Shown here piece by piece: positions 48,542-58,499 of a DNA stretch of 64,000 nucleotides. Position 1 is the stretch's first letter. Each line of letters begins with the position of its first letter. The notes beneath the pieces are model-generated. The model worked only from the letters and a program-made list of their open reading frames with translations. It ran no database searches and was not told the origin of the DNA. The stretch spans positions 21,660 to 85,659 of the IMG/VR virus record IMGVR_UViG_3300025674_000024, one strand, 5' to 3'. Origin of the DNA: a virus. The position numbers and the translations under genes were made by a program.

Positions 48542-49452
48542 TAGATGGGTACCTCCAGGCGAGTTTGGATTGCGGTCTTGTTGAAATTGGGAAGGCCAGT
48601 CTCTTCCCTGATATGGTCTCGGTGCCTCTCAACACCGCTCATCCCATCATAGATAAGAGGGAATGAGAGAGCACGGTTAGCGGGATAGTCTCGCCAAGCG
48701 ATCATCTCTGTGAGAGCGAAAGGAACATCCTCCTCCCACGCTGGGTCTCTCGCCTCGTAGATGAGAGCGAGAGCATCGTTCACCCACCAAGACCTCACAC
48801 TCTCTATGTTGTCTTTCCAAGTGGTGGGATCAACTAGGGAGAGCGGACATACCTCACGAAAGTACCTCACCCATTCTCTCCCTCTCCTCACGACCTCGAG
48901 AGCGGACACTGGAACAGCGTCTAAGAGGTAGGACTCTTCGCCATTCATCACTCTCTCGTACACAGTCGGGAATAAGATAGCTTGAGATGCGAGTTCAAAG
49001 TCGGGAGCTGTGTCCCCTGACTTTGACCAGTTGGAGATGTTGAAGAGGACAGCGTCAAAGATCGCGAGAGTCTTGGCCTTGTTGACCTCGACTCTGTTCA
49101 CAGTGACTTTATCAACCTTCTGACCCGCTGCCTCAAGCTGAGTCTCGAGGTCCTTGATCTGCTTTCGCAGTCGCCTAGCCTCCGCGTTGGAGAGACGGCT
49201 CACGTGGGCTTTGTAGGCCTCAACTCCGCGCTGGATCTCAAGGGTGTTCTCCTCAATCTCTGTGCAAAGCGTCGAGATCTTAAAAGTCTCAGCGGAGAAG
49301 TCTTCGGTCAGCTTCTCCAAAGCTTGCTTAAACGCCTCCTCTAGGCTGTTCACTCGACCAATGAACTTGTCCTCGAGCTTCTTAACCTCTCTATTGAGAG
49401 AGTCTTTTTGCTTTAGGAGGCGTGTTGTCTTTGTGTCGACCCAGTGATTCAT
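48541..49452 (-). CDS. Coiled-coil hypothetical protein
   Basis: 303-aa ORF with a heptad-rich N-terminal half. Confidence 0.65.
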   Translation of the reverse strand: MNHWVDTKTTRLLKQKDSLNREVKKLEDKFIGRVNSLEEAFKQALEKLTEDFSAETFKISTLCTEIEENTLEIQRGVEAYKAHVSRLSNAEARRLRKQIKDLETQLEAAGQKVDKVTVNRVEVNKAKTLAIFDAVLFNISNWSKSGDTAPDFELASQAILFPTVYERVMNGEESYLLDAVPVSALEVVRRGREWVRYFREVCPLSLVDPTTWKDNIESVRSWWVNDALALIYEARDPAWEEDVPFALTEMIAWRDYPANRALSFPLIYDGMSGVERHRDHIREETGLPNFNKTAIQTRLEVPI

Positions 49453-49649
49453 TAAAGTAGTTTCTACAGATCAATGGTATTACAGAGGAGTCCCCGGTAA
49501 ATTGAGGAGCCAAGCGGCCAACTCAATCGCTTCTCTGCGACAAGTTCCCTGCTTCTGGTAAGTCAAGAACGAGATTTCGTATTCTCGTGCTCTTCCTTTC
49601 TCTCTCGCTAGCCCTAAAAAGTGGTGGTAGCGTTTGTCTAAGTCTTCTT

Positions 49650-50213
49650 TCATGGGGCTCGCTTAACCGAAGCTTTGAGAATGTCAGTAGCGAGATCCAC
49701 GATCTCCACGTTGAAGTCGTACACCTCCTCTGGGTCGGAGAGACGGTGGAACTGTCCGGAAAAGCAGTCTTTGGACAAATCTCTCAGGAAGGCGTTAGCG
49801 GGAGTAGGAGGCTCGCACAGAGCGATGTCGTCCTTAAGCTGAGGAGCCGCTTCCTCGATTGCTCTTACAAGACGCCCATAGATTGTTGACGTGATTGCGA
49901 ACTCCTCTTCGGTCTTGATCGAGGAGTAGCGCTCTTCGCCTTCGGTTGGGCGCAACTCCAACGCATTACCGTCTGGGAGAATGATCTGAATGGTATCATA
50001 TTCCTCCGGCTTTCGTCGGAAACAGACTTCGGGCGAGTTGAACGCTACCTCTTCCTGATTTTCCTCGTTAAGGATGTCGTGCTCGATGAGATCGTAGAAG
50101 GCGTTAGCGATCGTCTCCCAGTCTGGACCCTCGAACTCGGCCGCAATGGCCATGAACACCTTTGGGTTAGCTAGAAGCCGCGGGACGGGATAAATGATCT
50201 GTTGGGACTCCAT
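49650..50213 (-). CDS. Acidic hypothetical protein
   Basis: 187-aa ORF preceded by GAGGAG. Confidence 0.6.
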   Translation of the reverse strand: MESQQIIYPVPRLLANPKVFMAIAAEFEGPDWETIANAFYDLIEHDILNEENQEEVAFNSPEVCFRRKPEEYDTIQIILPDGNALELRPTEGEERYSSIKTEEEFAITSTIYGRLVRAIEEAAPQLKDDIALCEPPTPANAFLRDLSKDCFSGQFHRLSDPEEVYDFNVEIVDLATDILKASVKRAP

Positions 50214-50529
50214 GACTCCTCACTTGGTAGGATCTACGTTAATTTTACTACAAATGAGCTTAGCTTGCTTCATGTAGTGTGCGTGTTCGGCTTCGCGATC
50301 AACATCTGCATAGACTCGCGCCCAGCTGCCCTGCTCGAGAGATTCGGCATAGCGAGAGGCTTCGAGAGCATCGTCAAAGCGGATCTCTTCTCCGTTACGG
50401 ACTCCGTTGCAGATGAGGCGCTGGACTTTCTTGTTCATAGCAGAGAGAGGACTGTGAGGAGAGGAGCCGGGAGAGGACATCACGTTGCAGTGTCCTAGCT
50501 ATTAGACTTTTAAGTTGACAAACTTTAAG

Positions 50530-51246
50530 TCAACTGGGATAAAAGGCAACACCCGTGATAACACCCGTGTAGTACGACCCAGTGTCGAGACGTACGACCT
50601 TACCCGTGGGAGTGTCGTAGATCATCGGCTTACCGTTCTTTTGGATCGTGTGACCGTGTACGGTAAGATGCTTCGTGCTGTAGCCGTTGATGTGACGGTC
50701 CCAGTAGAGGACCTCGGGATCTTGCTCATTGAGGGCTAGGCCAGGTGTGACTGACGCGTGAGTGACTAAGAGAGTGAGCATCTCTCCCTCCCATGACACA
50801 GGAGATGAGTGCTCATAGTATAGCGGAAGAGACTCGAGCCACCCCCACAGGCCATAGTTCTCCGCGTGCTCAAAGTCCTCCAGCTGCCCGCCGTTCATCC
50901 TCCAGAGGCGGTAGTCACCACCGATCGTTGGGATACCGCGGTCGACCTGTCTCTTAGCATCTAGGAGCATCTGCTCGTGGTTACCGCGGAGGACGTGCAC
51001 AGCAGACAGTCCCCACTTCTCCGGGTCTGTGTGAAGGTCGTGCACGAGTGATAGGACAGCTCCACCCTCTTCACCGCGGTCTATGAGATCCCCCACGAAC
51101 ACGAGCGTGCAGCCCGTGTTGATCACCTCCGAGAGAAGCTGCCTAAGACCGTGAGCGCAGCCGTGTATGTCGCCGATGACTACGACCGCGTCCTCGTCGA
51201 GAGGCTGATCGCGAAGTAAGATGCCTTGTTGTTTTAGCTTTTTCAT
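50530..51246 (-). CDS. Metallophosphoesterase (Ser/Thr protein phosphatase, NinI/PrpA-like)
   Basis: IGDIHG, GDLIDRG, LRGNHE, HAS, HGHT, LDTG. Confidence 0.9.
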   Translation of the reverse strand: MKKLKQQGILLRDQPLDEDAVVVIGDIHGCAHGLRQLLSEVINTGCTLVFVGDLIDRGEEGGAVLSLVHDLHTDPEKWGLSAVHVLRGNHEQMLLDAKRQVDRGIPTIGGDYRLWRMNGGQLEDFEHAENYGLWGWLESLPLYYEHSSPVSWEGEMLTLLVTHASVTPGLALNEQDPEVLYWDRHINGYSTKHLTVHGHTIQKNGKPMIYDTPTGKVVRLDTGSYYTGVITGVAFYPS

Positions 51247-51262
51247 ATTTCCATTATACACT

Positions 51263-51286
51263 AAAAGAGCCCGCGTGAGCGAGCTC
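51263..51286 (-). terminator. Terminator overlapping the promoter of the phosphatase gene
   Basis: GAGCTCGC-tcac-GCGGGCTC-TTTT followed directly by AGTGTATAAT. Confidence 0.65.
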
Positions 51287-51845
51287 CAGTGTTACACTTA
51301 CCGAGTTGGTCCGTCCCCGTCTCCCTTTCCCGCAAGGCTCTTAGCCATAAGGTGGGACCATTCTTCGAGCTCGCGCGTAGACATCCTCGCGAGTCCCACA
51401 CTGCTCATCACACGGAAGAGTTCCTCCATGCGGTCGTAGTCAGGCGCAGAGTCCGAGATCTGCAGAGTACCGTCCGCGGTCTCCCTTCTTAAGCTCATTG
51501 GCTAACCTCAGTGTGGTGTTTTCCGACAAAGTTTTTACCTCTCCGATGAGCTCGTCGAAAGGATCCGTTACTCTCGCGCAGAAGAACACTCGGTGAGGGA
51601 CCGTGTGGTCCTCCCAGACCTCGTACTTGTATCCTGTCATTGAGGTTGGTAGCCTTCAGTGGTCATCTCCAACGCGATCCTGCGCAGGTCGGTGGAGGTC
51701 ATATACTCGAGTCCGTTCTCGTCCATTGTGTCGGCCACGCTCTTGAGGTAACCGACAATGGCCTCGAACATGCTCTGAGCAATGTACTCCTCGAGCAGCT
51801 TCTCGAACTCATCCTGAGTGAAGCCAGGAGGAACTTGGATCTCGA

Positions 51846-52241
51846 TCACTTATTCATCTGCAGTGTAGGAACGGGCATACCGCCCTCGGTGGGCACATAG
51901 ATCGTCACGTTGCCTTTCTGGCTACCTTCCTCCAGGCCGGTGATATAGAGATACTGCAAGTACTCCCGGTTACCCTTGAGGCTGTCACCGATGATCTGGT
52001 TGGCCTGAGCTACGCCCTTCGCGCGCTCGACCTCAGCTTGCGCGAGTTCCTTTGCCGAGTCGAGCTTAGCCTTAGCCTCCAAGACTGCGACTTGGCGAGT
52101 GAACTCGGCTTCTTGCAACTGCGCCTTACCGTTAAGCGTCTTCGTGTACACTCCGTATTGCGGCAGGCCGAAAGCGAGACCGCCAATGACGATCGCTCCG
52201 AGGAGCCCGATGATGATGATGCCCTGACTTTGATTGTTCAT
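51846..52241 (-). CDS. Membrane-anchored SPFH/prohibitin-like small protein
   Basis: N-terminal transmembrane segment; GKAQLQEAE...AEVERAKGVAQANQIIGDSLKGN.EYL.YL...IYVPTE. Confidence 0.7.
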   Translation of the reverse strand: MNNQSQGIIIIGLLGAIVIGGLAFGLPQYGVYTKTLNGKAQLQEAEFTRQVAVLEAKAKLDSAKELAQAEVERAKGVAQANQIIGDSLKGNREYLQYLYITGLEEGSQKGNVTIYVPTEGGMPVPTLQMNK

Positions 52242-52478
52242 TTGATCGAGTTGATTGCGAATGAGTTGCTTAAAGGAAGGAGTCCCAGAAGCTGTCTCCC
52301 AGCCCGAGAGCTGCTGCCATTGTATCGAACTCCCCCACGGAAGTATATCCCGAGTCTCTCCAGCGGAAATAGGCGCACTTGTACACACCCGCCCAGATCC
52401 TCTGCTTTTCCGTGTTAAAGAAGTAGCGGTAAGTCTCCATGTATTGAGCTCGGTCCAATTCGTTGAGGAACATGAGTC

Positions 52479-52733
52479 TTAAGAGTCTACCCAGATCCAC
52501 CCTAACAGGAACTTCGTCATCTTGCGATGGAACCAGCTAGGTTTTTCGGTAACGTGAACGTGGAAGTTTCCGCTCATGCGCCAACATCCCACAGTGTTGG
52601 GGACTACCACCTTAAACCCAGAAAGAGTCAGGGTGTTAGCGTCATAGCCGCCAGCAAAGCTTTCTCCGCCACCGTCGTCAATGTTGATCTCCCTCTTATT
52701 CTCCCAGGAGTCGGGTACACTCAGTCCGTTCAT
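52479..52733 (-). CDS. Hypothetical protein
   Basis: MNGLSVPD...KPSWFHRKMTKFLLGW; start approximate. Confidence 0.45.
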   Translation of the reverse strand: MNGLSVPDSWENKREINIDDGGGESFAGGYDANTLTLSGFKVVVPNTVGCWRMSGNFHVHVTEKPSWFHRKMTKFLLGWIWVDS

Positions 52734-52830
52734 TCGTTGCTTGCCTCGATAATGATCACAGCGATGACTCCGGCGACGAACAGCAGGCCGACGCCGACGA
52801 AAATGTTGACGCTCCACACAGCTTCGTTCA

Positions 52831-53142
52831 TTAGTCCGGCCTACCTTCGTTGGGACGGCGACAGAACCACTCAGCTAGCACGTCAGGGTCTTGCGGTCCG
52901 ACGAGATGATTAGAGGGGTCTGGGTCACCGAGGTCGAGGCTGTTGAGTAGTTCGTCAAGCGAACCTGGCTCAGCCTTTCCCTGGATGGCTTCTCTTCTCG
53001 CTCGGTTGAGGATGCGGGCGGCGGAGCTGTGATGATCCGCCCACTTCTGGGCCCAAGTCATTTCTTTGAATGAGACTTCAATCCCTCCTGCGATGCGTGC
53101 CGCGATGTCTTCGAGGCGAAGCCTAGTCTGAGTCGAGAGCAT
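52831..53142 (-). CDS. Conserved cyanobacterial/cyanophage hypothetical protein
   Basis: MLSTQTRLRLE.I..RIA.G.EV...EM.WAQK pattern. Confidence 0.6.
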   Translation of the reverse strand: MLSTQTRLRLEDIAARIAGGIEVSFKEMTWAQKWADHHSSAARILNRARREAIQGKAEPGSLDELLNSLDLGDPDPSNHLVGPQDPDVLAEWFCRRPNEGRPD

Positions 53143-53204
53143 GGAGGCTGTTCAGTTGGTAGATCTTACCACAAAGGGAAGGAGGGCCGAAGCCCTCCGT
53201 TACG

Positions 53205-53741
53205 TCACGCTGCGACGGCTTCTTTGGTCTCTACGGGAGCGTCAGCATCCCGCTTAGCTTGCAAATACTGCACCACGCGAGCGGGAGTGGAGGCCTCGTA
53301 GGGATCGTCAGAGGCGTTATCACGCTTGCCCTCTTCGACACCGGACCACTCCAGCTCGCCGTTGTTCACGACAATAGCGTAGCGCCAGCTGCGGATCGCA
53401 AAACCGAGGTTGGTCTTCTGCACAGCCATGCCTGCCGCGGCAGTGAAAGCACCGTTACCGTCGGGCAGAGCTTTGACTTTCTGGATGCCGAGGGACTCGA
53501 ACCACGCGTTCATCACAAAAGCGTCGTTCACCGACAGGCAGTACACTTCGTCGACATCGAGCGCGCGGATCTCGTCGTAGGCGGCCTCGAAGCCCGGGAG
53601 TTGCTGCTCGGTGCAGGTGGGAGTGAAGGCGCCGGGCAGTGAGAACACCACCACGCGCTTACCAGAAAAGATCTCCTTGGAGGTGCGAGTCTCGAACTCG
53701 CCGCCCTCGCGGAAGATGAAATCTACGATGGGAAGGTTCAT
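53205..53741 (-). CDS. Peroxiredoxin (PRX5/type II)
   Basis: SLPGAFTPTC, CLSVNDAFVMNAW, PDGNG.FT, RSWRYA. Confidence 0.95.
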   Translation of the reverse strand: MNLPIVDFIFREGGEFETRTSKEIFSGKRVVVFSLPGAFTPTCTEQQLPGFEAAYDEIRALDVDEVYCLSVNDAFVMNAWFESLGIQKVKALPDGNGAFTAAAGMAVQKTNLGFAIRSWRYAIVVNNGELEWSGVEEGKRDNASDDPYEASTPARVVQYLQAKRDADAPVETKEAVAA

Positions 53742-53809
53742 TTGGTTTTGATCGTTTCTTACTCATGGGTAGGAGGAACTCTTCAGTCCCTCCGAGATCT
53801 ATACTAGCT

Positions 53810-54508
53810 TTACACCTCGAGTGTAAACCTGCGAGTGTAGTCGTAAGCGTAGTGAGTGCGGTAGCCGTGATGGCCCCAACCGATCCAAGTGTAAGCGTAA
53901 CTCATGTACTGCGGGATTGTCTTCCCCGGTGTCATCATGTGGGGCTCGATCCTCTTCCACTGCGGTTCGTTCACCATGTAACGGAGTTGAGTGTGGAGAG
54001 TAGACGGGTCGCCGCCGTAGCGGCTCGCGAAGGATCCCAGACCGTGATAGCGGTTCGCAGATGTCCACTGGATGAGGCCAAAGCCCCCAGAGTGGCATCC
54101 GTAGTATCCAGTGCGGGTACCACCTTCGCAGATGTTGGGTACGAAAGTGGATTCTTGGCGGATGTTCCCCATGACGGTCGCCAGAGCGTTCCGGTCGGAT
54201 AAGCCGTGTTCTTGGAGCGTGGAGAGCGCGATCTTCTCGTTTAGATTGCAGCTCTTACAGACGAGCCGTGGTTCCACAGGTTCTGGAGCAACCTCCTTTA
54301 CAGCCACCTTGTCGTCCTCCACGGGAGAGGGAGGAGTAAGGGGGATGGTTATGCCAAACGCGGGTAGGATGGCGATGGAGGCTGCGGCAGTTCCCGCTAG
54401 AGCGGCGACTGCGGGTGTAAGAGATTTCAGCATGGAAAGAATTGAACTCAGCATCCCGTTATGTAAGAGTGTCACACCCGCTGTCTCAAGCGGCATCTTA
54501 CCGGGCAC
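53810..54508 (-). CDS. Phage lysozyme-like cell-wall hydrolase with N-terminal signal/anchor
   Basis: ATVMGNIRQES, GFGLIQWT, QLRYM; hydrophobic N-terminus; start uncertain. Confidence 0.8.
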   Translation of the reverse strand: MPGKMPLETAGVTLLHNGMLSSILSMLKSLTPAVAALAGTAAASIAILPAFGITIPLTPPSPVEDDKVAVKEVAPEPVEPRLVCKSCNLNEKIALSTLQEHGLSDRNALATVMGNIRQESTFVPNICEGGTRTGYYGCHSGGFGLIQWTSANRYHGLGSFASRYGGDPSTLHTQLRYMVNEPQWKRIEPHMMTPGKTIPQYMSYAYTWIGWGHHGYRTHYAYDYTRRFTLEV

Positions 54509-54618
54509 AAGTTTGGTCTAAGGGACTTATCATCCCCGAGTCTTCCCCAACGAGTTGGGCGCCTCTCATAAAGACGTCCGAGCCTTGGCCCGAAAGAAAG
54601 ACTTTTCAATTTTACACC

Positions 54619-54648
54619 AAAAGAGGGAGAAGCGGTAACTCCTCCCTC
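54619..54648 (-). terminator. Terminator after the tmRNA
   Basis: GAGGGAGGAG...CTTCTCCCTC-TTTT. Confidence 0.65.
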
Positions 54649-54649
54649 G

Positions 54650-54866
54650 GATTCGTCACGGGTGGGTCGCTCAGGCGGCGACGGCCACGCGCTCGAAAGC
54701 TACGATGTTGTTGGCGCTTATGCCAGAACCCTCTCGCTCGTCGAAAGCCTTTCACCCCCGAGTGAATAAGATCTGCGCAGTAGTTATCACTAGAGTAGTA
54801 ACTACCGCGCTAAACCTATTCATGGAGATGCGGAGAGTCGAACTCCGGTCCGAACGAGATTGTTGC
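54650..54866 (-). ncRNA. ssrA: Circularly permuted (two-piece) tmRNA
   Basis: The 3' acceptor/T-arm part (CGGAG-TTCGACT-CTCCG-CATCTCC-A, 54823) precedes the 5' part GGGGGTG-AAAGGCTTTCGAC (54759). G3.U70 pair present. Tag frame 54715-54671 encodes ANNIVAFERVAVAA*. Confidence 0.9.
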
Positions 54867-54878
54867 TCCGAAGAGCAA

Positions 54879-54955
54879 TTCGCGGGGCGAGGACTCGAAC
54901 CTCGCAATTCTATGCTATGTGCATAGCGTGTTACCGTTCGGTGCACTACCCACGA
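54879..54955 (-). tRNA. Atypical tRNA with CAU anticodon (Met or Ile2)
   Basis: Acceptor TCGTGGG/CCCGCGA; anticodon stem CTATG/CATAG with loop CACATAG; T loop TTCGAGT; lacks U33 and has a 6-bp T stem. Confidence 0.65.
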
Positions 54956-55415
54956 GTGACCCCTCTGTTTGAGCTTCATCCGGCGTCCCGGGGTAGGCTT
55001 GAGGGGTGTTGAACCCAACCAACCGCCAAGCTTCCCGAAGGAGAGGCATCGTTGACTGGGAAGGCAAGACTGGGGGATCGAACCCAGGTGCGAAACACGA
55101 GGTGATCAACTCTCGCGTAACCACGTCTTCCAGACCCTCGCAGAAGGCCCCATTGATCACGTGAGACGCCTCAAGGACGCACAGAGGTGGAGGCTCGTTG
55201 GGGTGCCGCTACTTCCCCCTGTTGCGGCGTGTATGGTAGGAGGGGCGGCCTCCTGAGTGCATTACCGCCCGCTTTTGCATCACCCAGCAGTACCGGGGAG
55301 AGGCATCGCACTTCCTACGGGGTGGGCCCGGATATGATGATCCCGGACCCGTTGCCAAGACAGTAGCGACCCGCCTTGGACTTCAGCCCGATGCTTTCGC
55401 AGAGCGGGAACATCA
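54956..55415 (-). ncRNA. Candidate structured ncRNA or degenerate tRNA cluster
   Basis: About 460 nt with no credible ORF, GC-rich hairpins and T-loop-like GGTTCGATCC and GGTTCAAC; TACAAT -10 at about 55418-55423. Confidence 0.45.
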
Positions 55416-55766
55416 CTATTGTAACACGTCTTTCTCGTCAGTAAACTTCCTCGCTCTCTGAAGCTTCAGCCACTGCAGCAACTGCTTCATCTGGACGATG
55501 GCGGGATCCTCGGGATCCTCTCCCTCCACTACGATGCCGAGAGCTGTGATTGCAAGGTCGTGATCTTGCCGAGAGATTAGAGACATACTTGAGCCTCAGA
55601 GTCGTGACGGTAGAAGCGAGCGTTCTCCACTCGCTTAGAGATGATCTGCTCCATGGCGCAGCCAAGAGAGCTAGCGGCTCCCTCGTACTGGTCAATACCG
55701 TCCGGGCCGTCGTAGAGGACCCAGTAGTAGTGACCGTTGCGATGGAGGATTTCGATCTTCATAGTT

Positions 55767-56024
55767 TTAGTCGAAGCGGGAACCGAGGTCGGGACCCGGG
55801 TTTTCGTAGCGGTTGACGGCGTCGGCAATGTCCTTCTCTTCGAAGCAGAACTGCACGAGGCGACCGTTGAGGATGATGTCGTACTGCGTGTAGTCCACGC
55901 GGTACATGGGGCAGTTCTCCATGAACCCGCCGGCCATGCGCCACATGGACTTAGGAACGACGTCGTACTGGGTGCCGGTCTGAGGGGAGGTGTAGGTGGT
56001 CTGCATGGGGTGGTTGTTTTCCAT
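55767..56024 (-). CDS. Small early protein (probably leaderless)
   Basis: ATG lies 6 nt after TATAGT. Confidence 0.55.
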   Translation of the reverse strand: MENNHPMQTTYTSPQTGTQYDVVPKSMWRMAGGFMENCPMYRVDYTQYDIILNGRLVQFCFEEKDIADAVNRYENPGPDLGSRFD

Positions 56025-56030
56025 AGATCT

Positions 56031-56059
56031 ACTATACCACACCATCCGTGAGGATGCAA
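56031..56059 (-). promoter_or_regulatory. Sigma70-type early promoter
   Basis: TTGCAT-17 nt-TATAGT with extended TG. Confidence 0.75.
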
Positions 56060-56244
56060 CTCACATGACGTCGTTCGGGAGGAAGATCTCGTCGGGAGCC
56101 ATCGTATGGTTGATGAGCGCGTCGATCTGAGCCTGAAGTCGGTTCTCCAGCTCGTAGAGCGCGTTAGTCGTCTCGACGTTCTCCCGTTCGAGTTCGTCAA
56201 TCCGATCTTGGAGTTGGTCGATGTGCCATTGAGTGATCATGGTC

Positions 56245-56757
56245 TCAATCCCAGAATGAATCAAGCGTGTCAATCACGCGGCGGTAGTGGCTCCACGGCG
56301 CGAACCGCCCCCTGTACATGTGCTCTCCGAGCTTTAGCATATTGAGCTCGTGAATGCACGCCTGCGTGATTGCGTTGGACTCGGTGAAGCCCCAAGACCT
56401 GAAGCAGTCAAACTTCTCGATGTAGTACACGAATGGGAACTGCCTCTGCCAGCCCTTATGGTACACGGCATCGCGTCTCAGCCCGTCCCTCTGGACGATC
56501 TCGCACTTGGCATAACCAAACTGGTTCTCGATCTCAGTGCACGAGAAATCGAGCCCGTTGATGTACTCGTCGGCGAGCTCCTTGTCAAAGACGACCTCCG
56601 TCTCTGTCCATTCTGCCGCCATGCCCTCACAGAGGGACTTGAACTCTGGGTCGAGCGCACGCCACACGAGATTGTGGACGAAGTACGGATACTGCCCCGC
56701 ACCCTTCGGGTACCTCACGGAGAAGTGAAGGATCTCGAAAGAACGTTCTTTAGTCAT
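56245..56757 (-). CDS. Hypothetical protein
   Basis: 170-aa coding-strand ORF. Confidence 0.55.
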   Translation of the reverse strand: MTKERSFEILHFSVRYPKGAGQYPYFVHNLVWRALDPEFKSLCEGMAAEWTETEVVFDKELADEYINGLDFSCTEIENQFGYAKCEIVQRDGLRRDAVYHKGWQRQFPFVYYIEKFDCFRSWGFTESNAITQACIHELNMLKLGEHMYRGRFAPWSHYRRVIDTLDSFWD

Positions 56758-57619
56758 TGCAGTTAAGAAGGCAGTCGAGGAGATCTCTAAGGTATATCAC
56801 GTCATCCTTGGAAAGTCCCGAGAGCGAGATCAACTGCTCGGACTTCGGATCGAGAACGAAACCGATGCTGTAGCCGTCATCAGGATTGTAACCTCCGGTC
56901 GCTTGGATCGTCGTAGTCATCTTCCTAACCTCAGTTTACGTTCAGGGCTTACGGTCGCATTGTACCAGTCGTCGTATGGCCAAATATACTCCTCCATCCA
57001 ACCAGCGTTTAGATCCTCCCAGAGATCTGTACGCGCGCACTCGCACCAACAGTCGCTCGATTGGGGGAGGCGTAAGAGAAAGCACCACCACTCGAAGGCA
57101 ACTGCAAGTCCCTCGAATCCGTCTAAGAATCTGGTTAAGAGTTTGTTTGTCTTGCCCCACATCATACTCCTCCAAACATAAGTTCTGGGTCACCATGATC
57201 AATCTCGAAGGTGACGCCAAAAGAGTCGCTCAAGTAGCGGTGGTACCTCATCAAAACGAGTTCTCCATCATCGTCCATGTGGCGAGAGAGCGTCTTAGCT
57301 TCTCGTAGGAGGAGCTCACCGTCGCGAGTCCTCCTCTCCTTGCTTAGCACCGCAGCTCTCACGCAGAGGTGCTCGATTCGACCCAAGATAAGGTTGTCAA
57401 CTTCGGCCATTCTTATTGAAAGGGTTTAGGCTCTACGGACTTTACGTAGTCCCACATCACCTTAAGATTGGTGTCGATGCAGGTCTGACATTCTAAGTCT
57501 GGGAACCAGTGGTCTTTGTCCGTGTAACACACCCACTGATCCGCTTCCTTCTCCAGGTAGGAGACCCCGGGCAGAGCGAGGATCCGCTGCGCGAGCTTCG
57601 GGAGAGTGCGAGTCACGAC

Positions 57620-57799
57620 TCAGTACCCGTTGAGGAAGTTGGCGAGAGCCTCGTCATACTCTTCCTGAGTATTGAAGGCACGAGCTCCAATGGTACACGG
57701 GAAGGTCTTTTTCGTAGCTTTCGTCGAGGCGGCCTCAGCGACTGTGAAGCCTTTGTCGACGGCATACTGGATGTACGGGTTGAGGTTGGTATTTTCCAT
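57620..57799 (-). CDS. Small early protein (probably leaderless)
   Basis: ATG lies 6 nt after TGTGTATTAT. Confidence 0.55.
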   Translation of the reverse strand: MENTNLNPYIQYAVDKGFTVAEAASTKATKKTFPCTIGARAFNTQEEYDEALANFLNGY

Positions 57800-58499
57800 G
57801 GATCTATAATACACAGCGGTAGCCTTAATACACGGTCCGCTATTCCACTTTCTCAATTGTCATGAAGGTAGTCGAGGTCGTGGTCAAACCCAAGAGGAGC
57901 GCGCATCCACTCGTGGAACTCTCGACCGAGGTCGAGTGCCTCGGCCATCATCCCCTGATTAACGAGGTACTCCATGCGCTCCTCAGCCCAGTCAAGAGTA
58001 GCCTCTATGAACTGCGTCTTCTCGTCCATGTGTGATTGTGCGGGATGGGCTCGGTTCCGTACTCCCAGTCGTCGTAGTCGTCCGCGTTACGGACCGAGGA
58101 CGGGTCTGCGAGGCGTTCCAGGGCTTCTTTGTAGGTCTCGATGCCCTGGCGGGTGTGGTCGAGAGCGTTATAGTCGGTGATAAGTTTTGTCGTCCCGTGC
58201 GTGGTGTACATGTAGGACGGGTCTCTGTCAGCGGGTTTTCCCATCTGAGATCTCCGCGTAGGTCTGGAGCCCGAGGGCCTTCCTCAGGGCATTGTTCTCC
58301 CTCACGAGTAGTTTTACCGCATCGAGGGTCGTGATCTCGCACTCGTCGGGGATCGTGTCCTCGACCGCCATCCCGATGAGGGTAACGTAGTGCCTCCAGT
58401 CGCGCTCCTCAGCCTCGATCATCGCTAATCTCCTTAGCCCGTCGCTGTTTTCCTTGTAAGGGCGCTCGACCGCGGCCAAGGCTCCCTCTTCCCCTCTCA

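Noticed and set aside
54956-55415. RNase P RNA or canonical tRNAs in the non-coding block
   Set aside because: The RNase P GAGGAAAGUCC and 3' consensus were not found, and no complete cloverleaf could be folded by eye; left as an unknown ncRNA candidate.
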